64,000 nt of DNA, taken from the NCBI GenBank assembly GCA_033442325.1, contig JAWQFM010000005.1, forward strand, positions 1,595,171 through 1,659,170. Reading direction: 5' to 3'. The position numbers were made by a program, and so were the translations under genes. Positions 25,000-43,653 of the stretch are shown here, in pieces. The notes below the pieces were generated by a model. The model saw only the letters and a list, made by a program, of their open reading frames with translations, ran no database searches and was not told the DNA's origin. This DNA comes from Salpingoeca rosetta. Lineage: Eukaryota > Protista > Choanoflagellata. The first letter of the stretch is position 1; the number at the start of each line of letters is the position of its first letter.

Positions 25000-25064
<65 letters not shown>

Positions 25065-26172
25065 GCTGTTGGATAGCTGTGACGGAACAGATGCTCACTA
25101 GATGTTGGTCGCATGATGCATTTGCCTGCCACACACAGGCTGCCGTGCAAGCGATTGAGAGCCACGAGGACAGTTTGCGCCGCGTGGAGGAGCTGAGTCG
25201 GGAAACGCTGCTGGAGGTATGATTGTATCCAGCGCCAATGGGCATTCACGTCGTCACTCCAGAGGTGTTGTCAGTCACCATTCCTGCTCGCCATGTTTGT
25301 TCGTTGATTTAAACATGTATGTGCGTGTGCGTGCAGCTCGATGTTGACCCGGATGTTTCCCGCGAAGAGCAGCAGCAGCAAGCACGGACCACACTCGCTG
25401 CCCTGGTATGTCACCATTTTCTGGTGTTGCTGTGCTGATGATAATGTGTGACATCATACCAGTTGCGCCTAGCACAGTATGCGCTTTTGATCGACACGCG
25501 CGTTGCTCTTGTTGTCTGCGCCGCACACGAACCACGCACATGCTTGTGTTCACACTCACGCACATATGCATGCATGCACGAATTCACACGTGAGCAGATT
25601 ACGGAAGCGAAGCGAACGAAAGCGCTTGCGTTTATGATTCTGGAAACGTCTCTGTACATTCTGTGGCGGCACTTGGAGGTGTACCTGCAGTACAACACCC
25701 TGCTCAAGGTGTGTGTGTGTTTGTATGACATTGTGATGACATGCAATCAGTGTGTGCATGGGTGCAATATGAGGGAGAGTTGTGTCTGCTCAGCCACGCC
25801 TTCCTGAATGGCGAACGTTCCTCAGGGAAGCGCCGTGTCGCAGCAACCAACAGCCAAGGGACCCCGCCGTCTTCGAGGTACGATTCTGTGTGCAGGTGTC
25901 TCTGTTGGATCCCTCTGCCTGTGCGTCTATGTGTGATGGCTTGCTCTCTGCACACACTCCAGCTCACATACGAAACAAACAACAACCCACCCTGTTTCCG
26001 CCGCTACTGCTGCTGCTGTTGCTGCTGCTTGTTATCACACCAGCTGGGCTGTTTGGTCAGCCTGTTGAGCGCCAGTCCTTCATGGACGACATGGCCACGG
26101 ATGAAGAGGAGCTCCCTGTTGGCCTTCATCTCGAGGTCAGGGGCTGTGTCATCTGTAATCAATCGCCCATGC

Positions 26173-26204
<32 letters not shown>

Positions 26205-26726
26205 GCCTGGTACGAGCGCACGACTACTGCTCTGAACTCTTGCCACTGGCGGTTGCCTCAAGTTGCTGACGCCAGCTACACTCCTTGCCGTGTCGCTGTT
26301 GTTGGTGATAACACCGATGCTGGAATTGCAGGCCATCAGCGCGGATGAAATTTCGACGCTGAGGCGCGAAGTGGATGCATCACGCACGCTCTCCGTCAAG
26401 CAAGGCAGCCTCTTGCACAACCTCGTCGAGGAGGAGGTAGGTGTGTGTGTGTGTGTATCTGTGTGTCTGGTGTCTGTGTGGCTTTGTGTGTTGACTTACG
26501 TGTGCCGTTTGTTACCCATCAACGAGAGTGTTGTTCTGAAGTGCATGCACTATTGGCACTATCGACATAATCACTCACTTCACAAGCGGGTGCCCACACA
26601 CGTGCACAGGCCGCGCGTGCTGCATCGCAAAGTGGGGCGGAGCGCATGGCCAGCAGGGGGATGCTGGATCCCATTGTCAAGCGCATGAAGCGCCTTCGCG
26701 TCATGCTGCAGTCTTCCAACAACTAG
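14003..26726 (+). CDS. NUP205: Nuclear pore complex protein Nup205/Nup192
   Basis: Many exons with Nup205-like blocks: [13 protein letters not shown]; [37 protein letters not shown]; [17 protein letters not shown]; [10 protein letters not shown]...[15 protein letters not shown]...[16 protein letters not shown]; [17 protein letters not shown]. Ends LQSSNN*. Confidence 0.9.
21702..21780 (+). repeat. 9-bp tandem repeat (CTTCCCTCT)n in a NUP205 intron
   Basis: Directly visible, about 8-9 copies. Confidence 0.9.
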
Positions 26727-27072
26727 TTGTCGCCTGACACCACCGATACTGCGTTTGACGTTGTGTTGTGTTTGTTGTGTTGTGCTTGATTGGACTTGTG
26801 CTGCTTGTGCGCCGCGCACAGTGATGTGGCGTGGTGTTGTGGATTGACTGCACTGAGTTGACTGGCGTTGCTAGAGGTTGCTGTTTGTTGATGGTGTATT
26901 TTGCTTGTTGTGGACTTGTGTTGAAAAGGGCAATGACTGGGGTGAAAAGCAAACAGTAAAACCAAGCCCGTTGACCTCTGACAAGTGACCTATGCAGGTG
27001 ACCAGCTTGCTCGTGACATGGCTTTGTCAGTTGCTCGAGATGCAGGCGTTGCTCGTGACTCACGGCGTCATA

Positions 27073-28165
27073 TTACCCGACAACAGCTTCAGAAAGTGCC
27101 ACGGGCCATTGGTCGCGCTTCGTTCGGAGATAATCAACCAGCTGTATGCACGTGTTCAAGACGTCGGTGGGGTTGAGATGATGGCGCGTGCACAGCAACC
27201 TTCCACAAAGGATATGAAGGAGTGAAGCAGACAGGCAGCAAATGCACCACACACACACACACGTATACATTACATACACCACACACACATTACTACATTA
27301 CATACACCACACACAAATTACATACACCACACACACACACATATCACTCCACATACACGCATACACCACACGCATCACACCACATACATCACACACACCA
27401 CGCAAAGACAATGCGCGCACCTCCTTCATGGTTGATGCGGTAGTCTGCATCTGGTTGACCTTCCAGTGCTGCTGGGGAGTGAACTGCAGTGCATGATGTG
27501 TCGGTTGTCCCTGGTACACGACGCTCAAGACCACCGTCGATTGAGAGGTGCCGTACGGTCGCAGGAGGAAGGCGCCATCTTGCTTGCCACGAAGTTTGGC
27601 TGTTGCGCAATACATGTTCCAACCCCACGCGGTCATGGAGTTTTGTGCCAGGCCAATAATATGTTAGCACATGTGTATCTGATAGCGCGTGTGCGCACGT
27701 CAGCGTTTACCACGAGCGAATCAAGTGCAATGTGCACAGGGCGCAGCTGAGCCAACAAGCACATGCTTGATACACGATGATGCGCTTGTTGCATCAATAG
27801 TACACACGAACGACCCTGCCTCTGCAGTACCCTTCATGCATTGCAAACGAGACCGCACGCACCTTCGGCCTGTGCCTTGGTCACGGCTGTGTGGAAATAC
27901 GGCATGGCAGCCGCCAGAGACGTTGCAGTTGCTGGCGTGGAAGGCATTGGCGGTTGCACGAGCGTTTGTGTGGGCGCTTGCTGTGCAACGGCGGCCGTGC
28001 CATTAGGGATACCGCTGGTGAGGGCAACGGGCCACCACGGTTGCTTCGACGACAACACTCTCAGCACCTGTGGTGAGGTGGTGTGATGTGGTGTAATGTG
28101 GTGTAATGTGGTATCATGCGGTGCAATGATACGAACATCACGGTCGTGAGCGACGCAATGATACC

Positions 28166-28235
<70 letters not shown>

Positions 28236-29426
28236 ATGCGGATGACACCCGCGGCGGTAATTGTGGTGCCGTGGTATTGCGTGTGCATGTTATTATGCGT
28301 GTAAGCAGTGGGTGGGTGGATGTCAAGCGTGCGCGAGTATGGGTCTTTACCCCATCAAGGGTGGATTGCGCCGTGTCGGTGCCATTCACGGCAAACATGC
28401 CCGATTGCTTGTTGGCAGCAATGAGATGGTGCGTTGGCGCGCCATTGTACACGACACCTACAAACGCAACATGGGTGCGGAGATACACGGCAAGGGGAAG
28501 AATATGAGACCACGGCTGACGCTCAATCCGCCTTGATTTGTTGGTGGAGGTTGCGCTCTGCGCATGCTTCACTTGCATTGTCGTCGCGAAGCACAAGTGA
28601 GATGCGGGCACACAGACAGCACACATGTCGGTGCACCGACAGAAGAAGACACACATGCGCGCACACGCAAATGACAAGAAACCAAGGCAGCAACATTGTG
28701 AACGTACTGAGCACATGGCCTGTGGGGTGAGGGCGCAGCAAGAAGGTGCCGTCAGGCTTGCCGGCCAACATTGCTGTGACAACACGGCAGTGGCGTGCGA
28801 TGGCAACGTCAATGGTGAGCGGATAAAACGACAGCGACACCGACACAGCGTGGGCGAGAAACACAGGTCGTGCTGTGCTGTGCATGTTGGGGAGGGACAG
28901 GCATGTGGGTTCTGTTTGTGTAACCTTGAGCAGCGTACCGTCTGCTTCGGCTTTGCGGGTGCTGGTGTGGTAGTAGAGGGATGACTGGCTCGTTTGAACT
29001 GGTGCTGGCTGCGTCGTTCTTGAGGTGCGGGGTGGAATCGGAGGCAAATCGCTTGGTTCAGGCGCTGGGTGTGATTGCTGCACTGGCAGTGGCTGTGGTT
29101 GTTGCACTGACAGGTCTGGCTGTGGTGTTGGTGGCTGCAGCGGCTGTTCCTGCTGTGCGTTGGTTTCTGTTGATGGCCCCTGCTTGTCTTGTGGATCAGT
29201 CGCAAGCCCCGTGCTGCCCTGGCTGTTGCTGGCGTTGTTGTCAGCGCTGTGTGTTTCTGGCTGGTCCTCTACACTCGGCGTACCCTCACCATCGCCATCG
29301 TCGTCAGAGTCGGCATCGCCAACACCACGGTTGTCCAGGGAGGCAAACAGCTCCTGTGGTGAGGTCACGGACGACCTGGAAGACTGCTTGACCAGGGCCT
29401 GTTGGAAGTCGTTGCCGTCACCCTGC
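27073..29426 (-). CDS. Tandem SH2-domain protein (5' end unresolved, next to the gap)
   Basis: SH2-1: YYHTSTRKAEAD|AMLAGKPDGTFLLRPHP...VGVVYNGAPTHHLI...|VLRVLSSKQPWWPVALT. SH2-2: YFHTAVTKAQAE|...GKQDGAFLLRPY...VLSVVYQGQPTHHAL...|LVDYLRTKRDQWPVALSEAVVG*. Both keep the FLLR arginine. A Pro/Gln-rich linker (PPIPPR) lies upstream. Confidence 0.85.
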
Positions 29427-29478
29427 CTGGTGTTCCTGTCCCACAACATGTACATCCGGGTGAGCAACGCGTGTGTGC

Positions 29479-29561
<83 letters not shown>

Positions 29562-29929
29562 TACCTTAAGCGCTTGCCGACTAACCTGCTGCGGGTGCTG
29601 TAACTTTCAGCCCCGGGCATATATCGGTTGCTGCAGCTTCCATGCCAAGCTGAACCGACGGGCAACGCACGGCCATGCTAGGTGGATCAATGTATTCCAC
29701 TGTAAATGCGTTCGCTGAATCTCATATAGTGCCCCCCCAGTTCACGATTAGAAAATATAGGGTTTCCCGCTCACGCTGAGGTGGTGGTCGGTACTTGAAA
29801 CAGCCAGAGGTACCTAACACTGCTTAGGATGCTAGAAAAGGTTACGACTAGGGTCGTTATGGACTGCTGGGCCCCGTCTGGGAACCGCAGATCCAATGTG
29901 ACTCGAACCTTTCTATAGACCAAGCAGCG

Positions 29930-30029
29930 NNNNNNNNNNNNNNNNNNNNNNNNNNNNNNNNNNNNNNNNNNNNNNNNNNNNNNNNNNNNNNNNNNNNNNN
30001 NNNNNNNNNNNNNNNNNNNNNNNNNNNNN
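29930..30029. other. Assembly gap (100 N)
   Basis: Run of N. Confidence 1.
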
Positions 30030-30068
<39 letters not shown>

Positions 30069-30085
30069 GTGTCGTGTCGTGTGTG

Positions 30086-30122
<37 letters not shown>

Positions 30123-30191
30123 CGTGTGTGTGCGTGTGTGTCTATGTGTGTTTATCTGACAGCAGGCAAGAGGTGCTGCATTGTTACAACA

Positions 30192-33062
30192 TCAACTGCA
30201 GGCCTTTAACCGATACAATCCTTTGTATCGTGTACAAATGTGTGTGTGTGTGTGGTGGTACTGATACCTATGAGATGGGGACGTGTCGAAGCAGGTGGCG
30301 GGTTTTGCATTGGGCTTGCCTTGGGTGGGAAACAACTCAAAGAACAGCTGTGAAGATAGGAGTCGTGTATGCGGATGAACGTATGTGAGTGCTCGCGTTG
30401 AAAGGTTGGGGAAAGGGAGACAGGCGTGTTTGCAGTACATGCACGCAACACGCTTGGCACATGGCGGGTTTGTAAGGCATGACTGATGCAAGGCAGTGTC
30501 AATAACCAATAAGCAGCAGCTTCCTTTCCGAATCTGCACTGCAAACAGCAGCGCTTACCTTGGGTTCGTTGTGCTGCATGACGCTGAGGATCGGCGTGTC
30601 GAGAGTGCGGCCATTCTCCTGCATGTAGTGGACGGCGCAGTTGAACGCGTTCACTCGCAACGCAGGATCAACGCCCTGTCCAAACCAAACCGCAACACCA
30701 TAGCCATCGTCTACATGTATGTTGCATGGGTGTTTGGGCGAAAGGTGAATGGATGGTCACCACATGTTCTGATACACGCACTGATCTGCAGGTCGAGTCA
30801 CATGCCGCACCATGTACCACACACCGCACACCACGCACCACGCATGCACGCATGCACGCATGCACGCACGACTCACCGAGGAGAAAGATTTGTGTGGACT
30901 GAAGGAAGCCTTCCAGGAGCCCTTGTTGCACACGGTCTCCAATCGCCAACTGTTGTGTAAGGGGATACACAAGGGGGACGGAGAGTTGGGTAGTGAGTGT
31001 GCATATATGCGTGTGCGCGTGCACGTGCGTGAGTGTGTGTGTGTGTGTGCGCGCGTGCCCGTGCGTGTTTGTGTATGTGTTTGCCCGTGTGTGTGTACAT
31101 ATCTATACACAAAGCTTGTGAATCTCAGATGGAGGGAGCATCTGAGTGTGCGCGTTGGCTGCCTCGTTTTCTCGTTTGCCACGCACCTCTGAAAGCGATG
31201 GTTGCGGTACAAGGGTCACTTGCATGAGACGTGCAACGCCTTGTGGGATGGCCTGTTCCGGGTCTGGAGCAGGCACCTCCACGTCATGCCATGTGCTGCC
31301 CAGCTTCTTGAAGAACTCGACCTCGTTATCAATGCCCTTGAACCAGTGCGTAACGCGCAGGAAAGGGGGAATGCATCGGGGTGAGCCAAGCGCCGCTTGC
31401 ACAAAACACAAAGCACAAAGCACAAAGCACAAAGCACAAAGCACAAAGCACAAAGCACACACAACAACAGCTCCGTTTGTCGACTCGACCGACAAGCAGA
31501 AGCTGTACCCACACATGTAATACAGCCTCCTTTGGGGGGGGGGGGCTTGCATCGTTACGCAGCGCTCACCTGGTCCAGGAACTCCCGGCTTGGTTTGCCT
31601 TCTCGCTCATCGACCAGCCGCTGTGTGACGCCTTGCGCCTGTATGTTGTGTTGGTCGCATGCAAGATGCAGCACGCGCGAGAAAACAACAACCACGTCAG
31701 TGAATGAACGCGATGCACACCACACATGAATGCGTGCGTTTCGCACACTCACACGAGCGTTTGTGAAACATGACATGACTGAACGTACCAGAATCTTGTC
31801 TCTGGGCGTTGTGTTGCGACCATGCCAGAGCACAATGTTGAGGCCTTCGTCGATGAGGAACGAGTCTGTCACGTTGAGGCTGTCCGTGCTGATCTCGACC
31901 TCACGGGTGATGGCGCACCGCCTACCACGGCCGAGTCCTTTCACCTGGATCCTGAAAAACCGCGGCTTGTACGCCTTCGGCTTCTTGGTGCTGAAGCACT
32001 TCTCGGCGGGGCCGTTGAGCACCATGAAGCCGGGGAAGAAGGACAGGAACGACAGGCTCTCGCGGCCCATGACCTCCCGATACAGAACAGCCTGTGGCTC
32101 GCGCTGGTTTGCTCGCAAGGCCAAGTACGTGGCCAGCGCATACTGCTCCTGAGTTGCATCAGCTCCCACCCAAACAAACACCTAGAAAGCAGCCCGATAC
32201 CACACGTGGCACGTCAGCTGATGAATGCAACTGACAAGAACGAGTTGTGCGTCGACAAGAATACAAGGAGAGGGAGAAGGAGGAAAGGCAGGGGGATGGG
32301 AACGTGACAGGGGAGGAATGCCTGAAGACACCTGGGTGCAGAGTCAACGTGAGAGGGCATAGTGTACTCAGCCACCACCTACGTGGGTCTTCCGGTCATT
32401 CTTCAGGGTACGGACGATCACGTAGCAATCAGCGCTGAAGAAGATGCCAATCTTGTGCTCCGGGAGCAGCTGCGTCGTGGTTGCGTCCTTGATGCGCCAT
32501 GCTCGCGTGCCCTCCTCCTTCAGTCGCTTCCACTGTGTGTGAGTGTGCGTGGGGATTGGGGGTTGGGGGGTTGGTGCGCGTGAGAGAGTGAGTGTGTGGT
32601 GTGGGTGTGAGTGGGTGTGAGTGTGTGTGGTGTGTGTGGTGTGTGTGGTGGGGCGGGGGAGATGAGAAAGTGAGTGTGTGGTGCGGGTGTGAGTGTGTGG
32701 GTGTGTGCATGTATGTGCGGTGTGGTATGCATGTGTGTGTGTTTGTTTGTTTGGTGGAGCAGCGAGAAGACGAGCAGGACAAGCTTGGGCGTGTGGCGAG
32801 TTTGGGGATGAGTGTGGTGGTGAGTAATGTTCCTGAGTCGTATCTGTGGTCGACCCGAAGCAATGACAGACGGCTCGGATAGGGCGTCAAGGGAAAGAAA
32901 GTGCCGTCGTCAGCCTGACACTGCCGGCGGCAGGGATGAGACAAGGGACGGGGAAGGGAGAGCAGCACTCACAAAGTCTGCGCCGATGGACTTGAGGGCC
33001 TTCTTCTCCACTTGCGCGTCAAGAGCGCCAAGCGTGACGCAGCTCAGGTCAAGCCTTGTCAT
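30192..33062 (-). CDS. Gelsolin/severin/fragmin-like protein (three gelsolin repeats)
   Basis: MTRLDL...KSIGADF|WKRLKEEGTRAWRI...GIFFSADCYVIV...|VFVWVGADATQEQYALA...REVMGRESLSFLSFF...KPRFFRI...EVEISTDSLNVTDSFLIDEGLNIVLWHG...NEPK|LFFELF. The 3' end is either the stop at 30192 or a splice across the gap. Confidence 0.87.
31407..31458. repeat. 7-bp tandem repeat (CACAAAG)n in a gelsolin-gene intron
   Basis: Directly visible. Confidence 0.85.
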
Positions 33063-33310
33063 GGGGTTGGGTTTTGCACAAGCAATGCAAACAAGCGACG
33101 CGTCACAGTGTGCTTGCAGTTGTGGGCGGTGACACGGTGGTGGTGGTGGTGATGATGATGATGATGATGATGATTGTGGTGGTGGTGAATTGGGGCAAGG
33201 GGCGGGGCTTTGGCAACAACAGCGCACCCAACCAAACAAAATTCGCCCTCGTCCAAAAATTTCATGCTGTCTGGTGCGTGGGTGGGTTGTAGCCCGTGGG
33301 TTGTACCAGC

Positions 33311-33379
<69 letters not shown>

Positions 33380-33481
33380 ACGACAGTGATAAGCTTTGTG
33401 TACATCCATTCCATCACCTCAGCGGCAACTTGGGTTGTTTATTGCGGAAGCGTGATTGGGGAGCACTGGAGCACGTGCGAC

Positions 33482-34541
33482 CTATTTAGAGTCCGCGGGC
33501 GCATCATGGAGCGACTCGGTGCCAAAGTTAACCAAGTCCTTGAACCATTCTTTCGTGTACACCTGGTACATGAGAGGCCGGTACTTCTGTTCAAGCACAA
33601 GCGTGGAAGCACAAAAGCACACAGACACAGACAGACACACAGAAACGCAGACACAGACAGACAGACAGAAACGCAGACACAGACACAGACAGACAGACAC
33701 AGACAGACAGACAGACAGACACACGCACGCGTGCATATACCGCCGAACAGGAGGCCATCAGCAAATTGACATGAGGTTGGAAGGGATGACACGTGAACAA
33801 GCAAAAGGCAGTCGTCAATGTCACACAACTAGCGAGCATACCGAAACACGGCGGTCATCAGCGCAGGGCACGTACACGAGAGGTAACCTTCAGGCAGCAC
33901 ACGACAACGCACTAACAAGACGTACCGAGGCATGGCGGTTAGCAACGCCACGGTGAACAGTTCGATAGTCGAAGATGACGACATCATCTCGCCATAGGCT
34001 GTCAAAGGCCAGGGCTGTGGTGTCGACGCCGTCCTTGTCCATCTGCTGACGATTGGCTAGGAGTTGTGATCCAGGCAGGAACTCGCATGTGGGGGGGGGG
34101 GGGGAAGCGGACGGAACACACATTCGTGCACAGGAGCGGGTGTGAGTCGCTGCTACGCGTAGTCACGCGTGGTTGGGGCCTGGATGATGTGTTGCACTGG
34201 ATCGCGCTGCCAGCGACGAAGGCGGGGGTATTATGCAGCCCGTCTGCTGACAGCACACGAAGTTAAACTCGTCCATGCCGCGTTGGCGGGCGGCACAAAC
34301 GCGCTGCACCAGCGTTGTAACCCAACCTGAGGCAGCCCCATGTCTTTGTCGACATTCTCCAGCGGAATAAACACAGTCACGGCATGCGGTGGTAAGTGGA
34401 CATGCGGAAACAAGTGGTCTCCATCCACGTGCCAGTTCTGATCCTCACTTCCTGCAAGCAGTGTGAAAGCGCACGCGTGCGTTTGTGTGCATGCGTGAGC
34501 GCGTGCGCGTGCGTGCGTGCGTGAGTGAATGTGTGTGTACG

Positions 34542-34576
<35 letters not shown>

Positions 34577-35156
34577 ACGTCAACAAACACGAGATTGAAC
34601 GCGAGGCTCACAATACAAACCACGCAACTTCTGCTACAAAACCTGATTGCAGGGTGCACAGAACACACAGACGCAAATACTCATGGCTACACCAGTACAC
34701 GAGCACACACAGACACACACACACAGACGCAGATACACGCATGCACATACAGCCACACTCAAACCTCACCTGGCAAGCTGACGACAACGCCGGTGTAGTT
34801 GAGCTTCATGTCCGAGCCAAGAACAGCCTGTGGTAGCGTGTTGAGCACGGGAAGACGTGCGAGGGTGGCGAAGGGCCCATCCTCCGTGTTCACGCGAATA
34901 TCAAGCCGCCCACGGCACCGCGACGCCACTTCCGTGAAGGAGAACGGCTCCGTCTGGGTCAAGTAGTCTACGCCACGCGGGCGTCAATCACCTCGAGCGC
35001 GTTCAACGCAGCATCGCGCGGGATCGTGCCTGCTGGCAAGCGCACCCTGCCCACGCCCTGCGTGAACAACAGGTGCTGCAGCTGCCGCAGTGCATCGTCC
35101 AACACCAGCTCACCATCTTCCTCGCCCACAACAAGCACCGTCGCAGCGTCCGCCAT
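33482..35156 (-). CDS. Phytanoyl-CoA dioxygenase (PhyH)-family Fe(II)/2-oxoglutarate oxygenase, with apparent frameshift near 34975
   Basis: HxD...H triad: QNWHVDGDHLF...VTVFIPL...FLPGS...VVIFDYRTVHRGVAN...RPLMYQVY..EWFKD..NF. The first-exon frame stops at TAG 34970-34968 while the conserved body is in another frame. Confidence 0.82.
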
Positions 35157-35279
35157 GTCGTGGTTCGTCGGAGGGTCGGATCATGTCCCAAACAACACAA
35201 AAAGTAGCAACGCAAGCTGTATTCCAAGCAAGACGCGAGAGCGACAACACCCACAACAGCAACCACCGCCGCCATCAAC

Positions 35280-41204
<5,925 letters not shown>

Positions 41205-42012
41205 CCCTCTTGGCATGGTTGTATTGTGGACATGTGTGTGTGTGTGTGTGTGTGTGTGGCTTGAATCTGCACATTCATCTTTCCCGTAGTGCTTGTGGTC
41301 CACTTTCTTGAAGGAGCCAGTGCTAGTTTGTTTCATGCCTATGCTTGCCTTGCATTCGTTTTCCTCGTGAGTGTGTGTGTGCGTGTGCGTGTATGTTGCG
41401 CACCCCCTCCCCGTCCTTGTTCAATTTTGCCCAGCACACCATGCGATTGATCATATCTGTGTTTTCAGCCGTTGTTGCAATGCTTCTTCTTCCGCTCTCT
41501 CCCTCTTGTCATGTTTGCTGTGCCACAAGCACTGCATGTCATTTCATCTTCCTCATCATTGTCATGATGTGATTTGTACCGAATATCAACACAAGTAAGC
41601 CCAACCGAGTTTTCAGCAACAACAGTAACAACAGTAACAACAGGTGCTGATGACGCAGCTGCATGTTCGCTCCATCACCCAAACAAGCATTGCGCCAGGC
41701 AGAACAAGAGCACTAGGGAAAACAAAGGGGGTTGAACAGCCACCCTCAGTATGTGTAACGCGTTGTGCACTAACGAAGGGAAGCCGCACACAAGATCATC
41801 TCATTGTCAACATCATCTCTTCAAGCGGAGTGAAGAGGTCGGGGAACGTGCTGCGCCACGCGCGCATAGCGGAGCAAACGAATGTAACGCACAGCACCAG
41901 CAGCAACCTGAGGTTGCTTGCAGCACATAGGGTAACGTGCACACACACACACGCACACTCGCACACACACACACTCACACACATACTCACACACATAGTC
42001 GATGCCTTCACA

Positions 42013-43399
42013 TTACACGTCGGTCTCAGTGAGGGGGTCAACATCGCCACTCCACGCGTCATCATCGCCACCAGCTGTCGCGTCATGACTGCGCTTCGTG
42101 CTTGCAGGCAACTGCGTGCGATGCACGGAGAGACCAGGTGCCTCCCGTCGCACATTCTTCACATGTGCTGTGCTCATGCCGTCCTTTCCGTTGTCTTTGG
42201 TCTTGTTCACTTTTGCACCGCTGAGGCCGTCTTGCTTCTTGCCGCTCGCGTGTTGGCGCGTGCGCTGCTTGGACGGAGCAGGTGTCGTCGCTGCGCGTGG
42301 CTTTGAGGGCGTGCGTGCCTTGCTGCCCGCTGCAGTGTGTGTTGCCTTGGATGGCGTCTTCGCGGAGGACGTCGTTTGCACTGCTCCGTTTGTGGCTGCG
42401 GCGCGCGCTTGCTTTGCCTGGTTTGCCTGGTTTGCCGTCTTGGGCAACTTGAGTGTCTTTGCCTCTGCACTGCCCTTGTTGCTGGCGCTGCGTTGTGCCT
42501 TTACTGCACGTGAAGGTGAGCGGGCTGCAGTTGTTGCTCCCTTCGCCTGCTTTGGGCCGCAAGCATGTCCCGTGTTGGTGCTCTCCGTTGACGCTGCAGA
42601 GGCGGACTTGGCAGACGCTGGGCGCGGCTTGCCTGTCAGCTGGTGCCGCTGCTTCTGCTTGGCTGAGCTGGCGGTGGTGGTGCCTGGCTTCTTCTTCGGT
42701 GCGCCGTGCACGGAGGCAGGTGCAGAGACAGCAGATGGCGCCGCCTTTGTGCGATGCGGGGAGGGTGTTGATGTAGGCTTTTTCTTGGTCGAGGAAGCGT
42801 GGCCGCTGCTGCCGCCGCTGCTGCTACTGGTCTTTGCAGGTGCAGGGGTGGAGGCGGACAGGCCAACAAACCGGGGGTGCTGCTTCTTGAAACCTGCGCA
42901 TGGTACGAGGTATAAGGCATGGTAGGTGTACATGCACGTGGAAATGAGTGGAAATGAGTTGAAGTGAAAGCAGACAGGGAGAAAGTCAACGGGAAAGCGA
43001 AGGGGGAAAGCGGGGGGGGGGGGAAGCGGGTGGAGACGAGTGCCATTGTTGCGTCGGGCACGGTCATGTCATGCACACGCTGGCGACCATGACCAGGACG
43101 AGGATGATGATTCAATTCATTAGGACACGTTGCGAAATATCGAATCGGTCGCATGTTCAATGTGTGCGTACCTGCGTCCGGGTTTCGGCGTTCCTTGTCC
43201 AGCGGCTTCGAAATGTAGTCCGCCACGCGCGATGTAATGTTGGACACATCAATGCTCGTTTCTACCATGTGAAGGGGCGGTGCAGTGAAGGAAGATAAGA
43301 GAAGATGGCGGTGGTGACATGGCGAGGTTGACAATGAGCTTCAAAAGCGCAGAGAGGGAGACTACCAGTGAAGAGCAGGTTTCTAAAACATGGAGAGTG

Positions 43400-43469
<70 letters not shown>

Positions 43470-43613
43470 CCGTTGAGGCCAACGAATCGAGGGTGCTTTT
43501 GTTGCCGTCCACATTCTGAAAGCGCCACATGCAGAACACATCAGGACGACGAATACAGCCGGGCTCATGCAAAGGGTATACACACACACACACACACGCA
43601 CACACACACACAC

Positions 43614-43653
<40 letters not shown>

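Noticed and set aside
25733-25808. GTGATGA...CTGA pair in a NUP205 intron
   Set aside because: Only a 3-bp stem, no clear C'/D' boxes and very close to the acceptor, which is insufficient for a snoRNA call.
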